NCBI GenBank assembly: GCA_051942205.1
Contig: JAVECO010000001.1
Span: forward strand, 62,001-126,000
Direction of reading: 5' to 3'
Length of the DNA stretch: 64,000 nucleotides
Source: Coniocarpon cinnabarinum
Lineage: Eukaryota
Below the pieces are notes generated by a model, which worked only from the letters and a program-made list of their open reading frames with translations, had not been told where the DNA came from and searched no databases. A program made the translations under genes and the position numbers. The stretch's first letter is position 1, and every line of letters starts with the position of its first letter. This document shows, piece after piece, positions 12,854 to 24,254 of this stretch.

Positions 12854-13161
12854 ATGCATCCTCATTTGCATACCAAAGATAACAGAGGTACGCATTTGAA
12901 GCTCCAAAGCCACTCCCATCTACATAGTCTGACGATGCTTGGCGATACACAGGCTGTGAAGAAGTCATGAACGCACTCGAAGAATGTCACGCTCGAGGTT
13001 TCCTCTACAAGGCTCTCGGAAATTGCAATGATGCAAAGATGGCCGTCAACAAGTGCCTGCGCGCGGAGCGTCTGGAGCGAACGAAGCAAAACCGTGAAAG
13101 GGCAAGGATAGAAAAGAGGAGGATAGAGAGGGCGTGGCAGGAGATTGATGACAATTCGTGA
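12854..13161 (+). CDS. CMC2: Twin CX9C mitochondrial COX assembly protein Cmc2; 2 exons
   Basis: Exon 1 12854-12887, intron 12888-12952, exon 2 12953-13161. Protein: [51 protein letters not shown]..., with two CX9C motifs and the MHP.L start. Confidence 0.9.
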
Positions 13162-13589
13162 ACAACAGATCTCAAGATTTACTATGTTCAATATACGGGA
13201 TCAGAGACGACTCGGGAAACTCGTTTGACATGTGCCCTTATAAGCGTGGCGCTGGAGGGAGTCTTTAATTGACGGGTGGTATATGATGTCTACGCAACGA
13301 CCCTCTCATAATTTGCATTGGAAACCCATCTCCACGGATTACCGTACACACGCTACCAATAGTCCTGCATGATGTGCGAGCTTCTAGGAATCATGCAGTA
13401 AGTAAGAATCTGCTACGTTGTCGATGTAGATGGCAATAAACGTGGCGTTTGCCTGTCTGACTTGATTCGAGTCCGCAAAGACGAACGGTCGTAGCTGTTA
13501 TTCAATCGGAGCAGTGACGCCCAGGTGTTCGTAGCCGCATTCATAGATTTTTACTGTGTGTCACTGAGCACGCGGGAGCTCTTCACGCC

Positions 13590-13962
13590 TCATCGCTTGC
13601 CACCTCGCTGATCGTCGCCAATCCTCTCCATAGCTTCCAGCATCACCACTGAGTTTCCACGAATAACCACCATGCCGATGCTCTTTCTTGAATTGTCAGG
13701 CAACTGCTCGTAGGCTTCGTCAAGGACAATGTTCAGGAAGACCTATTTCCAAAATACATTAGCTTCCAGCGCGCTTGTAGAGAGGTCTAGTCAAAACTCA
13801 CGTCGTATCCACGAAGCACTCCAGCTACGGTGCGGCTGCCGTTCAGTTGCACGAATAGGCGCTTGTCGAGGTACTTTAAGCGGGCGTTAGCTCTTAAGGA
13901 TTCAATTTAGTAGTGCTATAGCTTTGACAAACTTTTTTGAGCTCTGGTTGAGCTTGCGGCAT
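13590..13962 (-). CDS. SMX2: Small nuclear ribonucleoprotein SmG; 3 exons (absent from the ORF track)
   Basis: Exons 13962-13933, 13873-13802 and 13742-13590 give MPQAQPELKKYLDKRLFVQLNGSRTVAGVLRGYDVFLNIVLDEAYEQLPDNSRKSIGMVVIRGNSVVMLEAMERIGDDQRGGKR*, containing the Sm1 and Sm2 motifs. Confidence 0.93.
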
Positions 13963-14035
13963 GTTTGCTGGCGTTTCAAAGAATTGCGCACAAATTGAGT
14001 TGTGAAGCGATTGCTCAATGTTTCCTGTATAGATA

Positions 14036-14045
14036 GTCACGTGAC
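14036..14045. promoter_or_regulatory. Perfect palindromic E-box GTCACGTGAC in the 203-bp divergent SmG/NTR2 promoter
   Basis: 10-bp palindrome matching the Cbf1/bHLH consensus RTCACGTG. The same TCACGTGAC core occurs at 19250-19258 and 35443-35451. Confidence 0.5.
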
Positions 14046-14165
14046 ATATGCCGCCTTCGTGCACTCATAACGTTTCTCGTTCCCAAGTTCACTCAAACCT
14101 TCGCCATTCCGCCGATAGAAGCCTCGTGCGCCTCAAAACCGGCATTCAGATACAAAGCCTCCGCC

Positions 14166-15893
14166 ATGTTTAAGAAGCCAAAGCGCGTACCGCGCAAGGT
14201 CGGCCGCGACGAAGACGAAGACGCATCAACCAATCACCCCAGCACATCTCAAGATGGTAAGTCGCGCCCCCATGTGCAGCTAGTGCATCTCATTAACAAC
14301 AAGTTTAGACAGCTGATCCACGATCATCTAGAATTCCCCGTCGTCGTCAAGCGCGCCAGCAAACCCAAAACCTCCAAAGCCGCCAGAGCAGCCGTCGCAC
14401 GAACTGTCGTCACCACCGATGATGATGCCGTTGCGCAACCCAGCAGACGGAGCGAAGATGATGATCCATTCGCGGCTGTGGAACGGAGACGCGCGGTCAA
14501 TGCTGCGCAAAAGTCGCGCTTGAGCTCTGATAATTTGCCCTATCGTTCTGGATCGCAGCAAGAGAGTGATCATGATGCACCGCGTTATACCTCGGATTAT
14601 TTGGCTGAGCTGAAGGCTGAGCAACTTACTGCACCGCCTGTATCAGCACAGCTTGTGCCAGAGGACGAGTTACCGCCTTCGCCTCCGCCTCCGACAGATT
14701 CCACAGACCTCGAAGGCCTCGGCGTTACAGATATCAACCCCTCCTACGCCCACGCCAGCATCCTCCCCACCTCCACCTCTCTCATCACCCCATCATCCCA
14801 AACTCAAACCGCTGCAATCCCCAGCGCCATCGAAATCGCGGAAAAGAAAGCCCGTCGCGCCCGTTTGGCAGCCGAGGAAAAAGCAGACGAATTCATCAAA
14901 CTCTCAGACGATGACGCCAGCTCCTCTTCTGACGACGATAATCGAAACAGCTCGCTAATCTTGAAAGCAGAAGAGCGGAAACACAAGGATAAATATGGGC
15001 GGGATGAGAGTCGCATCGGACAATATGCACTGGACGACGACAACTTCGCCGAAGGCTTCGACGAGTTCGTCGAGGATCCGGCACGGATCCAGACGATTAC
15101 GGGTACGGAATCGCGGCGCGCGGCGCGGGCTCAGCGACGGAAAGACATCGCGCGCCATATTGCGGCCGACTCCGATGACAACGATGACGATCTTGAAGAG
15201 AAGTCGCGAATGCGCGCGTACGACGCCGCGCAATTACACAACGCGACCTACAATCAACGCAACACCGTGAATCACGCTGAGCACGAACAAAAGAGGAAAG
15301 ATCGAGAACGGGAAGCAGCGTGGCGGAGACAGTGCGAGAAGAGATATATTGTTCGCCCCATTCCGCGGATGGCGGACGTGAAGCGACGGCTAAGGGAGAA
15401 GAGGGAAACGCTTCAGAAGGAGAAGGAGGAGGTCGTGAGGAGGATTGAAAATATTCGGCGGGAACGGCAGGAGATTGAAAGTGAGGAGGGGAGGATACAG
15501 GTGCTGCTGAAGGAGGCGGGAGAGAGGTTGGAGAGGGTTATGAAGGGGGAAAGTGCGGACGGGGGTGCTGGCGGTAGTGCTGGTGGTGCTGGCGGGGAGA
15601 AAGGTGGGGTGGAGGATGGTTTGAAGGATGCAGAGGAGGGTAGAGCGGTACGGACGGAGAACGCAGAGACGACGGCAGCATCTGAGAGCAATGCGGAGGA
15701 CGAACCCATGGAGACCAGCGACTCTGAGCCTGCTGAAGAGGGTGGACCAAGTTCAGAGCGGTCAAGTGATGATCACCGCTCCAATCCACCACAACAGGTC
15801 GAGATCAACCCTTCAAGCGACAGTCAAGACGAAGACGACGATATAGAAAACGAAAGACCAGGTCTCGGAACCAGACGCGGCCTAGGCGCCTGA
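14166..15893 (+). CDS. NTR2-domain (nineteen complex-related 2) spliceosome disassembly factor-like protein; probable 75-nt intron 14257-14331
   Basis: Motifs PRYTSDYLAELK and IPSAIEIAEKKARRARLAAE..DEFIKL, then acidic EGFDEFVED and a coiled coil. C-terminus RGLGA. GTAAGT donor at 14257, branch CTGAT and TAG acceptor at 14331. Confidence 0.75.
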   Translation: MFKKPKRVPRKVGRDEDEDASTNHPSTSQDGKSRPHVQLVHLINNKFRQLIHDHLEFPVVVKRASKPKTSKAARAAVARTVVTTDDDAVAQPSRRSEDDDPFAAVERRRAVNAAQKSRLSSDNLPYRSGSQQESDHDAPRYTSDYLAELKAEQLTAPPVSAQLVPEDELPPSPPPPTDSTDLEGLGVTDINPSYAHASILPTSTSLITPSSQTQTAAIPSAIEIAEKKARRARLAAEEKADEFIKLSDDDASSSSDDDNRNSSLILKAEERKHKDKYGRDESRIGQYALDDDNFAEGFDEFVEDPARIQTITGTESRRAARAQRRKDIARHIAADSDDNDDDLEEKSRMRAYDAAQLHNATYNQRNTVNHAEHEQKRKDREREAAWRRQCEKRYIVRPIPRMADVKRRLREKRETLQKEKEEVVRRIENIRRERQEIESEEGRIQVLLKEAGERLERVMKGESADGGAGGSAGGAGGEKGGVEDGLKDAEEGRAVRTENAETTAASESNAEDEPMETSDSEPAEEGGPSSERSSDDHRSNPPQQVEINPSSDSQDEDDDIENERPGLGTRRGLGA

Positions 15894-16015
15894 GCGTCGC
15901 CAATATCAAAATTCAACGTGACGTCCCCGTCACTATCCAATATACATTAACTACATTCCCCATCTTCTTGAACACCTCTCCTCCCAATGTTCACGTCAAA
16001 CTGTCGTGTCGACAT

Positions 16016-18593
16016 TCAAAACTCTTCAAAAGGACAATCCACGCTATCATGGCCATCCCTTTCACAAAGGGCACACCACTTGCTCATATCGACCGCTTTC
16101 GTGGTACGGCCGGGTGCCGGTCCATCTGCAGTAATCGCGCTTAGATCAGCCGGCTCACCGTTTCCACTAGCAGTCGACTTGCTGGGCGGTACCTGCGGCA
16201 AAGCTGGTAATGCGACGTCAGGAGGCGGCGTCCTCGCTGTGTTCTGCCGCACAGCGATAGGCCGCTCCTGCGCGTCCTCAAAGCCGTCGACTGTGCTTTG
16301 TGAGGTGCCAGGGCGACTCGCGCTGTTGCCATTGGTCTTGAGAGCATGGCCATTGGGCACAGGAGGAGCCGGGAAATCCGGAACCTTGGCACTGCCTGGT
16401 CGGATTGCGGTGCGCGCTGAGGCTGTCGAATCAGCGTGTTGCCTCTTTGGAGTGGAGTCGTTGTCGAGACCTCGGCCGCCGGTGAGTCGAAGGGAAGTGA
16501 CTTCACGCTCCAGTTCTTCTTCACGGAAATTCTTGCGCTCGATGAGGCCTTGTAATTCGCTGCGTTCGCGTTTCGCGGACTCAAGATCGCGTCTGAGGTT
16601 CGCAAGTTCCGGGGAGTGATCCGCATTGCCGTTGGTGTGAGGTGAAGCATCTGGGTTGGAAGAAAGGGAATGGATAATAGCTTTCAGTCCTCGAATCTCG
16701 TCGTCGCGCTGATCAGGGAGGTGGCCGTTCGTTTGCGCGCCGGGCGTACTGGGTGCATCGACGGTCGCGCCGGCACCGCGGAGGGCTTTCGCAGCTTTCT
16801 CCCGTTCGCGCCGTAGCTCTGAGCGACCACGCTCAACTTCGCCGCGCAAGAACTCGACTTCAGAGCGAGCTTCTGCTTCGCCACGCCGTGCGTCCTCAAG
16901 GCCTTCTTCGAGCTCTGCAACTAGCTCTTCGAGCCCTTTTAACTGTGTCGCTATCTCTTGCACGTTGCTGCTTGCGCTGAGCTCCTCGTTTTCAGTCACG
17001 AGTTCCTGCACGCGCTTCTCGTAGACGCGCTCGGTCTCTGTGCTCGCCATCTCAAGAGTGTCGATCGTCGAACGGAAATCTGCACGGTGCGTGTCAAATT
17101 CTGCCGTCAGCGCGGCGACCTTCTCGTTCTTCTCTTTGAGCAGGGACCGAAGCTGGGAGACGTCAGATGGCATATCGGACTCGGCCGTGGAAAGAGAGGT
17201 AGTAGAGGAGTTGCGCGGTTTTTGAGAGATTTGAAAGTTAGTGTGAAGCTCTGCGAGTGATGCTTCCATCTCGGCCAGCGACAGGGCTTGTTCTTTGAGT
17301 TGCTTATCACGAGATTCTAGTTCGCGACGGAGCCGACTGGTCTCATCTGATGTGGCAGGACGCGCGGTGGGTGTGCGCGACTGTGAAGGAGCACGTGTGG
17401 AGCGCGGGCCGGTGGTGGAGGCTTTTCGCGCGGTCGGTGTGTCATCCGCTGCATCGGGTGAGCGATAAGCGTTTCGTGAGTTGGCGCGAGAGGGAGAGCG
17501 TATTGTGCCTGGCGTTCGGGAGTTGGTGGAGGCGGAAAAAGTTGTTTTGTTGTCCGTGGCGATTCCAGGGGGTCGACCACCGCGTAATGACTGTGTAAAT
17601 CTGTTGCCGGGTGTGATGTTCGCCGCAGGCTGCTTGCGCGACGGACTGTCCGGTCGTGGAAGAGAGGGACGAGAAGCTGGCTTTCGTAACTGTGGGCTTA
17701 CTGCACGCGCGGTGCCTGGGCCGACCGTCTGACTGAAATTTGGACGATTTGTGCCAGTGACGGAGCGAGAAAACTTGGGTAATGAGGGTGTCTGTGGTGA
17801 CTGGCTGGATGCCCGCATAGATTTGTTGAGATCTAGTGATGCGCCAAAAGAGGGTGTAGTCGGTCCAGGGGAAAAGTTGCTGCCTGTATGTGTCGAAGCT
17901 GGCGAGGAAGCCTTTGTTGCTCGATGCGCAGGGAGGAAGATTCCAGCACCGGGAACTGTGGTGGAGAAGTACCTAACACTGTTGGGTATGTTGGTCAGCA
18001 CGTTGCGGACACAGACGTTACATGTAGAGCAGTTTTGTGGCGCACCCTTCAACATCACCGTCATTCTTGCCCCGCATAGCATACGGCCCATCAAGCTCGA
18101 TGCCGGCGAACACACCCTTCTTGCCTCTGACTGAACCAACAAAGCGGACTGTGCCGGTCATGCCCCCTGGGACATCCACTGTATCTCCGACGTCGACATT
18201 GACGTCTTGATCGGTCGCCATGCTGAGATCTGACACGCGAGGAGAAGATCTGCGACTGGAGCTCTTGTCTCGCTCGACGCGCTCCGCGAGGGATCGTACA
18301 GGCCTTGGTCTGGGAGTGGAGATTCGCGGCGCACTCGTGGCAAGGGCATTCAAGCTCGCCTTATGAGCAAGACCCCTAACGCCGCTAGCAGAGCGGGAAA
18401 CAGGGGTGCGGGCTTTGGGCGTGTCTTGGTTGTTGTAGTGCGCGTCGTTCTCGTCTGGGTCGGCGAAGGCGATCTGTTCGATGCTGGAATTGCGGGAGAG
18501 AAAAGACGAACGTCTTCTGACAGTCAGCGGTCGAGCTTGAGAGTTTCCCAGAGAAGATCTGCCAGCGAGAGGGTCGCGTTGGGACGGTGGCAT
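16016..18593 (-). CDS. CAP-Gly coiled-coil protein with C-terminal zinc knuckle and EEF tail (CLIP-170/Bik1/Tip1-like); 2 exons
   Basis: Exon 1 18593-18046, intron 18045-17979, exon 2 17978-16016. CAP-Gly GTVRFVG.V.GKKGVFAGIELD.....RGKNDGDVEGVRYF, an S/P/R-rich linker, coiled coils, and terminal WCALCERDGHDSVDCPFEEF*. Confidence 0.88.
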
Positions 18594-19399
18594 TGTGTTT
18601 GGCTGTGATTGGACAAAGAAGAACCCCAGGGGACGGAGCCGCGCCTTCCGGTCACGCGGTCAGGACGCGCTTTGACTGACTGAGATATGCTTGGAGGAGG
18701 TGATTTCATTCAGGACAGACGAGAGCAAAAGAAAGACACAGCATCCATTGGCGAGGCTTTATGCTGGCATTGGAAACGGGATGCAGATCCAATGCCGGCC
18801 GCGTGCGTGTGTGGGAGTGGATGTTTCTATGGCAATGCAGAGCTCGACGGCACACACAGGTACGCGGGGAGCTACAACTGGGGGCGAATGTTTTTGTTTA
18901 CGAGTGCAGCCGCCGAGTATGATGCATGTCAGGTGTGCTACGTGGACCATTCACGTAGACGGCGCTCGGCATGTGAGCGGTTGTCATCACCCTGCAGGTG
19001 TGCTGTACAGGCCTGACATGCCTGCCAGCGCAAGAAACATGACCTCTCTTCGAGGATCGTGGGTCCCAGGCACGTTTCCGTCGTCATGCTCAACGGTGAG
19101 CGTTCTCGCGAAGACCCGGCAACTCATCTCTGCCCCATGCCCATGCGTATCACTGGACTAGTCAGGGAAGAGGCGGACTGGCTAAAGACACCGCTCGTTG
19201 GGTGGCTGACAGCTCAATGTAGGTACCTGTTGCATATGCCCCGTTGCAATCACGTGACTAGCTTAACTAATCTCTCTTCCGTCAATAGATACCACTTCGC
19301 TTGAGGCACAAGAAATGTACACTGTGATTGTGTAGCTTTCACAGATAGTCCCTGGATCTCCAGAGATCTGCGATTCAACCTAACACTCCAGGCGCTGCC

Positions 19400-20539
19400 A
19401 TGGATCCACGATTTGTGGGACGAATTGCCAAGTCGCACGTATCTTCACTGCGACCGGACGGCTTTGCCAATGAGAACATGAAAAGTGCCGAGGTCTGGTT
19501 GAATCCTCAGCTGTGGAGGCAATTCATGCTCAGTAGATCATTCAGCCGCCGAGCCTGGAAGCCCATCGTAACACCTGCAATAAACCAGAAAATTGCACAA
19601 TACCATGCGGGCCAGCAATCCCTGGTTTGTCGCACTTCTACTACACACCCAAGTCCCCCCGAACCATCTTTCGAAGGGAAACGCCGCCGCGTTTTAAGCT
19701 CGAGGCCGATTGATCGAGTGCGAAAGGACCTTCGTCTCGCACAACGCGAATGGCGAGTTTCAAAGACCCGTGAGCGTTTACGACGTCTACTTATTAGGAG
19801 ACGATCTTTGTGTTGCCAAATCCACCAGCTTGTATCATTTGGCTTGGGTTCTATGTGCGCCACCTTTTCATCCATAGAATGGCCACAGGAAATGCATACA
19901 TTCAAAGGACGACGCCTTCAGCTAGCCTGCTTGCTAGATCTCGCTGCATTGTTACCGGCGTTGGCGAATGGTGCTGAGGACGTCACCAAGACAGGCAGTG
20001 CACTACACAGATTACCCATAGTGACACAAGATCCGTTGACCACGAGCAGTGATCACAATATCCTCAAAGAACTTAATGTTAGGGTCGTGCATGATCCTGA
20101 AGCTTGGAGTCTGGTTGAGCAAAGCACTCTCGTTTTCGCCTGATCATTCCCGTATCTGAGCGTCGAGCCACCACTGTTTTATGGCCAAACAGGTTTACCG
20201 GACGATGGAAGGAATACGCTCCGGTGGTTTATACAAGACTTGACCTTTGGGACCCCTCCTAGCAGCCTGAAAAGTCTATCGCCAGCTTTGGCACCAACGA
20301 TGATTATTACTAATGTCGTGTCAGGACCACCGTACTATCCGAGTTGGAGACAACTTGTGTCCCCTACACTGCGCCCCCGCGTTGCAGCTTTGAGGGAATA
20401 CCGAGACTTTGTGCACGATCATTATGAAGATCATGCTTTTCTACGCTCTGCTGAACGCAACCTAGACGATGCTTTCATTGAGACGGAAATGTACTTTAAA
20501 AACCAAACGAATAATAGAAAACCAATGAAGACGACCTAG
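19400..20539 (+). pseudogene. SRR1-like domain gene interrupted by one in-frame TGA (20141-20143)
   Basis: SRR1-type motifs LVSFGLGS, QLACL and QDP.....D.NILKELNVRVVHDPEAWSLVEQSTLVFA. After the TGA the same frame stays open to TAG 20539 and ends DAFIETEMYF.... Confidence 0.55.
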
Positions 20540-21654
20540 ACGAGTCCAGCTTGTTTGATCACTTCAGACAGGAAAAGTTGGGGAAAAGGGTGTGATCGGA
20601 ATCCAGAATGGAATACATCAAACTGTGCTGGCTTGTGCATTCTCTTCCAGATCCCAGCGCTGCCGACAACGGCCATGGACACAACGAAGATTACGTAGCA
20701 AATTAAGCCTTTTCATAAGTAGCCAAGCATTGCAAGCTCGCGTGGGTAGATATCATTCCACGGATGCTGCCCCTGTAGGAGCTTGTCGTTGACAGAAGCG
20801 TGTGAAGTGTGGGAAGTGCGGGAATTGTGTGTCACCAGTCGGCGAAGGGGCCAACCCAACAGCCGAGGCGGCTTGGCGGCCCGCAATCTGGATGAAACAC
20901 GCTAGCCCCGATGTGCCCAGGATTCAAACTGCCGCCCCTTCCTGATTGGGTTGCCCCTGCTTTTCTGCTTTCAGGCATTGCCAGCGAATCAACCTCTTCA
21001 CCGCCGGCGACTGCTGCGCGGCCAGACAAATCTCACCGATGAGGGGAGGCGCCGCATTCCCACTCCTTCGTCTTCTCACGCCTCGTTCTCGTAAGCATGC
21101 TGCAGGAAGCAAGAACACGGCACCCAGGCCGCGCTCAACCTTGATGGGCCGCAAAGGACCTGTCAAGCCAACGTGTTCATTCTGTGCTCCCCCATCACAC
21201 TCACGCAGCATGGCCCACCTGTCAAGGGCTCCGGCTGCTTATCGATCAGCAGGCTCATTAAATGTCACGCTAGACGCCGAGAACCGGGCAACTTGGTGCG
21301 ATCTGGGCTCGGCGTCTGCATTAACCTACGTGTTTCAAGGTGGAGGCACCGGGTCTAATTTCAATCGAATTGATCCTGCGAGTCATGCGCCGACCGGTGC
21401 GCCTATCTTCTTTTTTTAAAGTTGACACCACCCGACTCGTCCTCCTTCGTTTTCTGTTTCTGCACCTCGATCGAACCCTTTGTCTTCGCTGACCCAAGTC
21501 TTTCATTCATTGAATTCAATCTTTCAAGGGTCGAGCTGCGTGAACAGCTCCCCGTAGTCGCTCATTTCCACCACCGTCTTTCGCTTCTGTGAGCAAAGCA
21601 CTTACGGCACTTAGCCAACTACAGTCACTCATTTATCTGTGCCTTTCTTTCAAC

Positions 21655-23371
21655 ATGCGCACCACCGCCTTTTCTCTCTTCGTCGTTGGCGCACTGGCTG
21701 CGCCCAGTGCCAACAAGCACCATCACCGCCATCGACGACAAGCAGACAACGTCGCTTACACAACTTGCGTCGAAACCGAATACGTTACTACTTGGCTCGG
21801 GGGCAATCCGACCTCCAGTGCAGCTGCCGGTTATGCCCCGCAGCCGTCTGGAAATGCACCGGCACAGGATGGTGAAGCCTTGGGCGACGCCCCCATTCAT
21901 CCTATTGCTGCCTCCGACGCAAAGGCCGTCCAACCTAGCAGCGCTCAAGCTAGCAGTGCTCAAGCCCAGGTGAACCAAGCACCATCATCTCGGTCATCCG
22001 TATCAGCCGACGCGGCTACCCAGGTTCCTGCAGCTAATTCTGTGTATCCGGATGCTGCACCGCTGTCAACCACGCCAATTCCACTTTCATCCTTCGTTCC
22101 CGCTTCGTCGGTGAATGCTGCGGCTGCCGATGATGTGGCGTACTCAGCGGCCGCTTCGGACGCGTCGTCTTCATCGATTGCGTCTGCTCCTGCATCAACT
22201 TCGTCGGAATCTGCTCCATCTGGATCGTTGCCATTCAAGAACATTGTGATCTTCGGCGACAACCTTTCTGACCGTGGCAATGTAAGTTTGCTTCTCTTCT
22301 TCAGCGTGACCCGCATACCCACGCTGCTCGATCTGCAAGTTGATATCGAGAACAAATGAACTTGGCATTGTTTCGAATAGGCAGGACTCTTGCCCAAAAC
22401 CCTTTGCTAACAAGGTGACATGATAGGGCTCTTCTGACCATCAGGTGGCCGGGAATCCCGAGGACATCTATGGCAATAAGACATGGACGAATGGTCTGAT
22501 TGCGGCTGAAAATCTTGCCAATAATATGAGTCTGGATATCGTGTACGACTTTGCTTACGGTCATGCTACTGGGGGCTCGCTCTTTGGTGCTACGGTCGAT
22601 AACACTTTCACGCAATCCATGGCGGACGCCCCTTCCGCAGCCGATCAAATCAAGAACTACACAAGCGGTCCCTACTTTGACAAGAGCACTGTTGGCGATA
22701 CGCTGCATTTCCTCTGGATTGGCAACAATGATGTAATTCCGTGGAATTGCACCACCAGCTTCCACCCCGATCCTGCGGGCGGTGCAGAAGGCAGAAACGC
22801 GCAATTCTCTTCTGATCTGGCTAGTCTGATTGCCAAACAGGCTCAGAGTCTCGCTGATGCAGGTGCTAAGCACATCTTTGTGCCCAACGTGTACAACCGT
22901 CATATGGCACCAGTCACCCACAAGTACTTCTCGCAGGACCCAACGTGGATCGAGAACTATGGTCAAATCATCCAGAACGTGAACAGCAACCTCGAGACCG
23001 ATTTGAAGGGTGTTGCTCAGAAGTCCGGAGCCAAAGTCACCTACTATGATGCATTCAACTTTCTGAACACGACGTTGTATGATGCCAAGGTCGACAATGC
23101 GAACAACATCAACATGACGGACCCCGGCAACGACATTTGTGACCATAGCACCATTGACCCAATGCCGGGCGTGCAGAGTCTTGATTATTGCTTCAAAGAT
23201 CGTCATGCCTATGATTGTGAGTTCTCCCGTTGCCCTTCTCTTGTTCTAAGGCAAATATACTGATAGCGTGGTTTGACAGACTTCTGGATGCAATACCTTG
23301 ATCCTACAGCACACGTACACGCACTCCTGTCCACCGACATGCAAAAGGCTATTCAGGCTGCATACGCGTGA
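21655..23371 (+). CDS. Secreted SGNH/GDSL-fold protein with an Ser/Ala/Pro-rich linker; catalytic triad apparently substituted; 3 exons
   Basis: Exons 21655-22281, 22427-23216 and 23280-23371. Signal peptide MRTTAFSLFVVGALA, KHHHRHRR, linker, block I IVIFGDNLSDRGN, block II WTNG and FAYGHA, block III WIGNND, block V YFWMQYLDPTAHVH. Confidence 0.82.
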
Positions 23372-24254
23372 TTGACAAACACTGCGTCTTTGACTCAAAT
23401 TCACAACAGTGGCTCCCCTGGCATCTTGACGTTTCTGGCAATCATGTCGATTGTGCTTCACGTATTTATGAGAAAGTGCTGACGTCGGGGGGTCGACCTG
23501 TTCTTCATTTCGGTTGTCGTGCACCATGGCGAAGGCCGGCGACTCTATACATTTCGATTCTTAACGACCGGGCCACGAAGGGTTTCAGGGAATTCATCGA
23601 GCCACGGTCACCATGTGGCATGACTGACGAGACTTTTGACTTGATCTGATGTCTTTTGTGTCTTTCATGACTTTTATGACTTTTGTGCGTGCCCAGTTCA
23701 ATCTCTACTGGATGCAATGATCCTCGCCAAACCTCGCTTCTCGTCAACATGCACGCGCCTCTTGGGTATGAATGAGGAATAGCAGATTGTGAGTATCCGC
23801 CCGGTGTCCTCTCCAACGGCGGAGCCACCGATTCCAGATGAATGGGTGGCACTAGCCTGATTGGAAATGGCGCATACTCTTCCAGGGTTCATTATCATTG
23901 ACGCACGACCGGTACGTCCGAAGCGTGTTTGTGTCCCACACCCGGGCGCAAACATCGGAGTCGGTCTTGAATGACGCGAGTCCAATGTCTTCAGATCTAG
24001 CAAACATCTGCTGGCATCTGCACGCCCTTTTCATCACTACAGAGACACGCGATGTGCTTTAGTAAACGTAAACCCTTTCTAGTGGGGAATTAGGTCCCTT
24101 TACCCCACCAAACATTGGGCGCCCTTTCCTCTACATTTTCTTCCTCACCCCATGTGTCGGACGCGGCTGCGGTTGCTCATATTTGCTCATTTCCGCGCAA
24201 GATAAATATTTTGAAAGCTTTGTTAGTATCCTGAATTGCTTGACTCTCGCCAGC

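Noticed and set aside
23391..23397. TGACTCA (Gcn4/CpcA site) upstream of ARO8
   Set aside because: A single site about 860 bp away, lying in the 3' UTR of the previous gene. Chance occurrence is likely.
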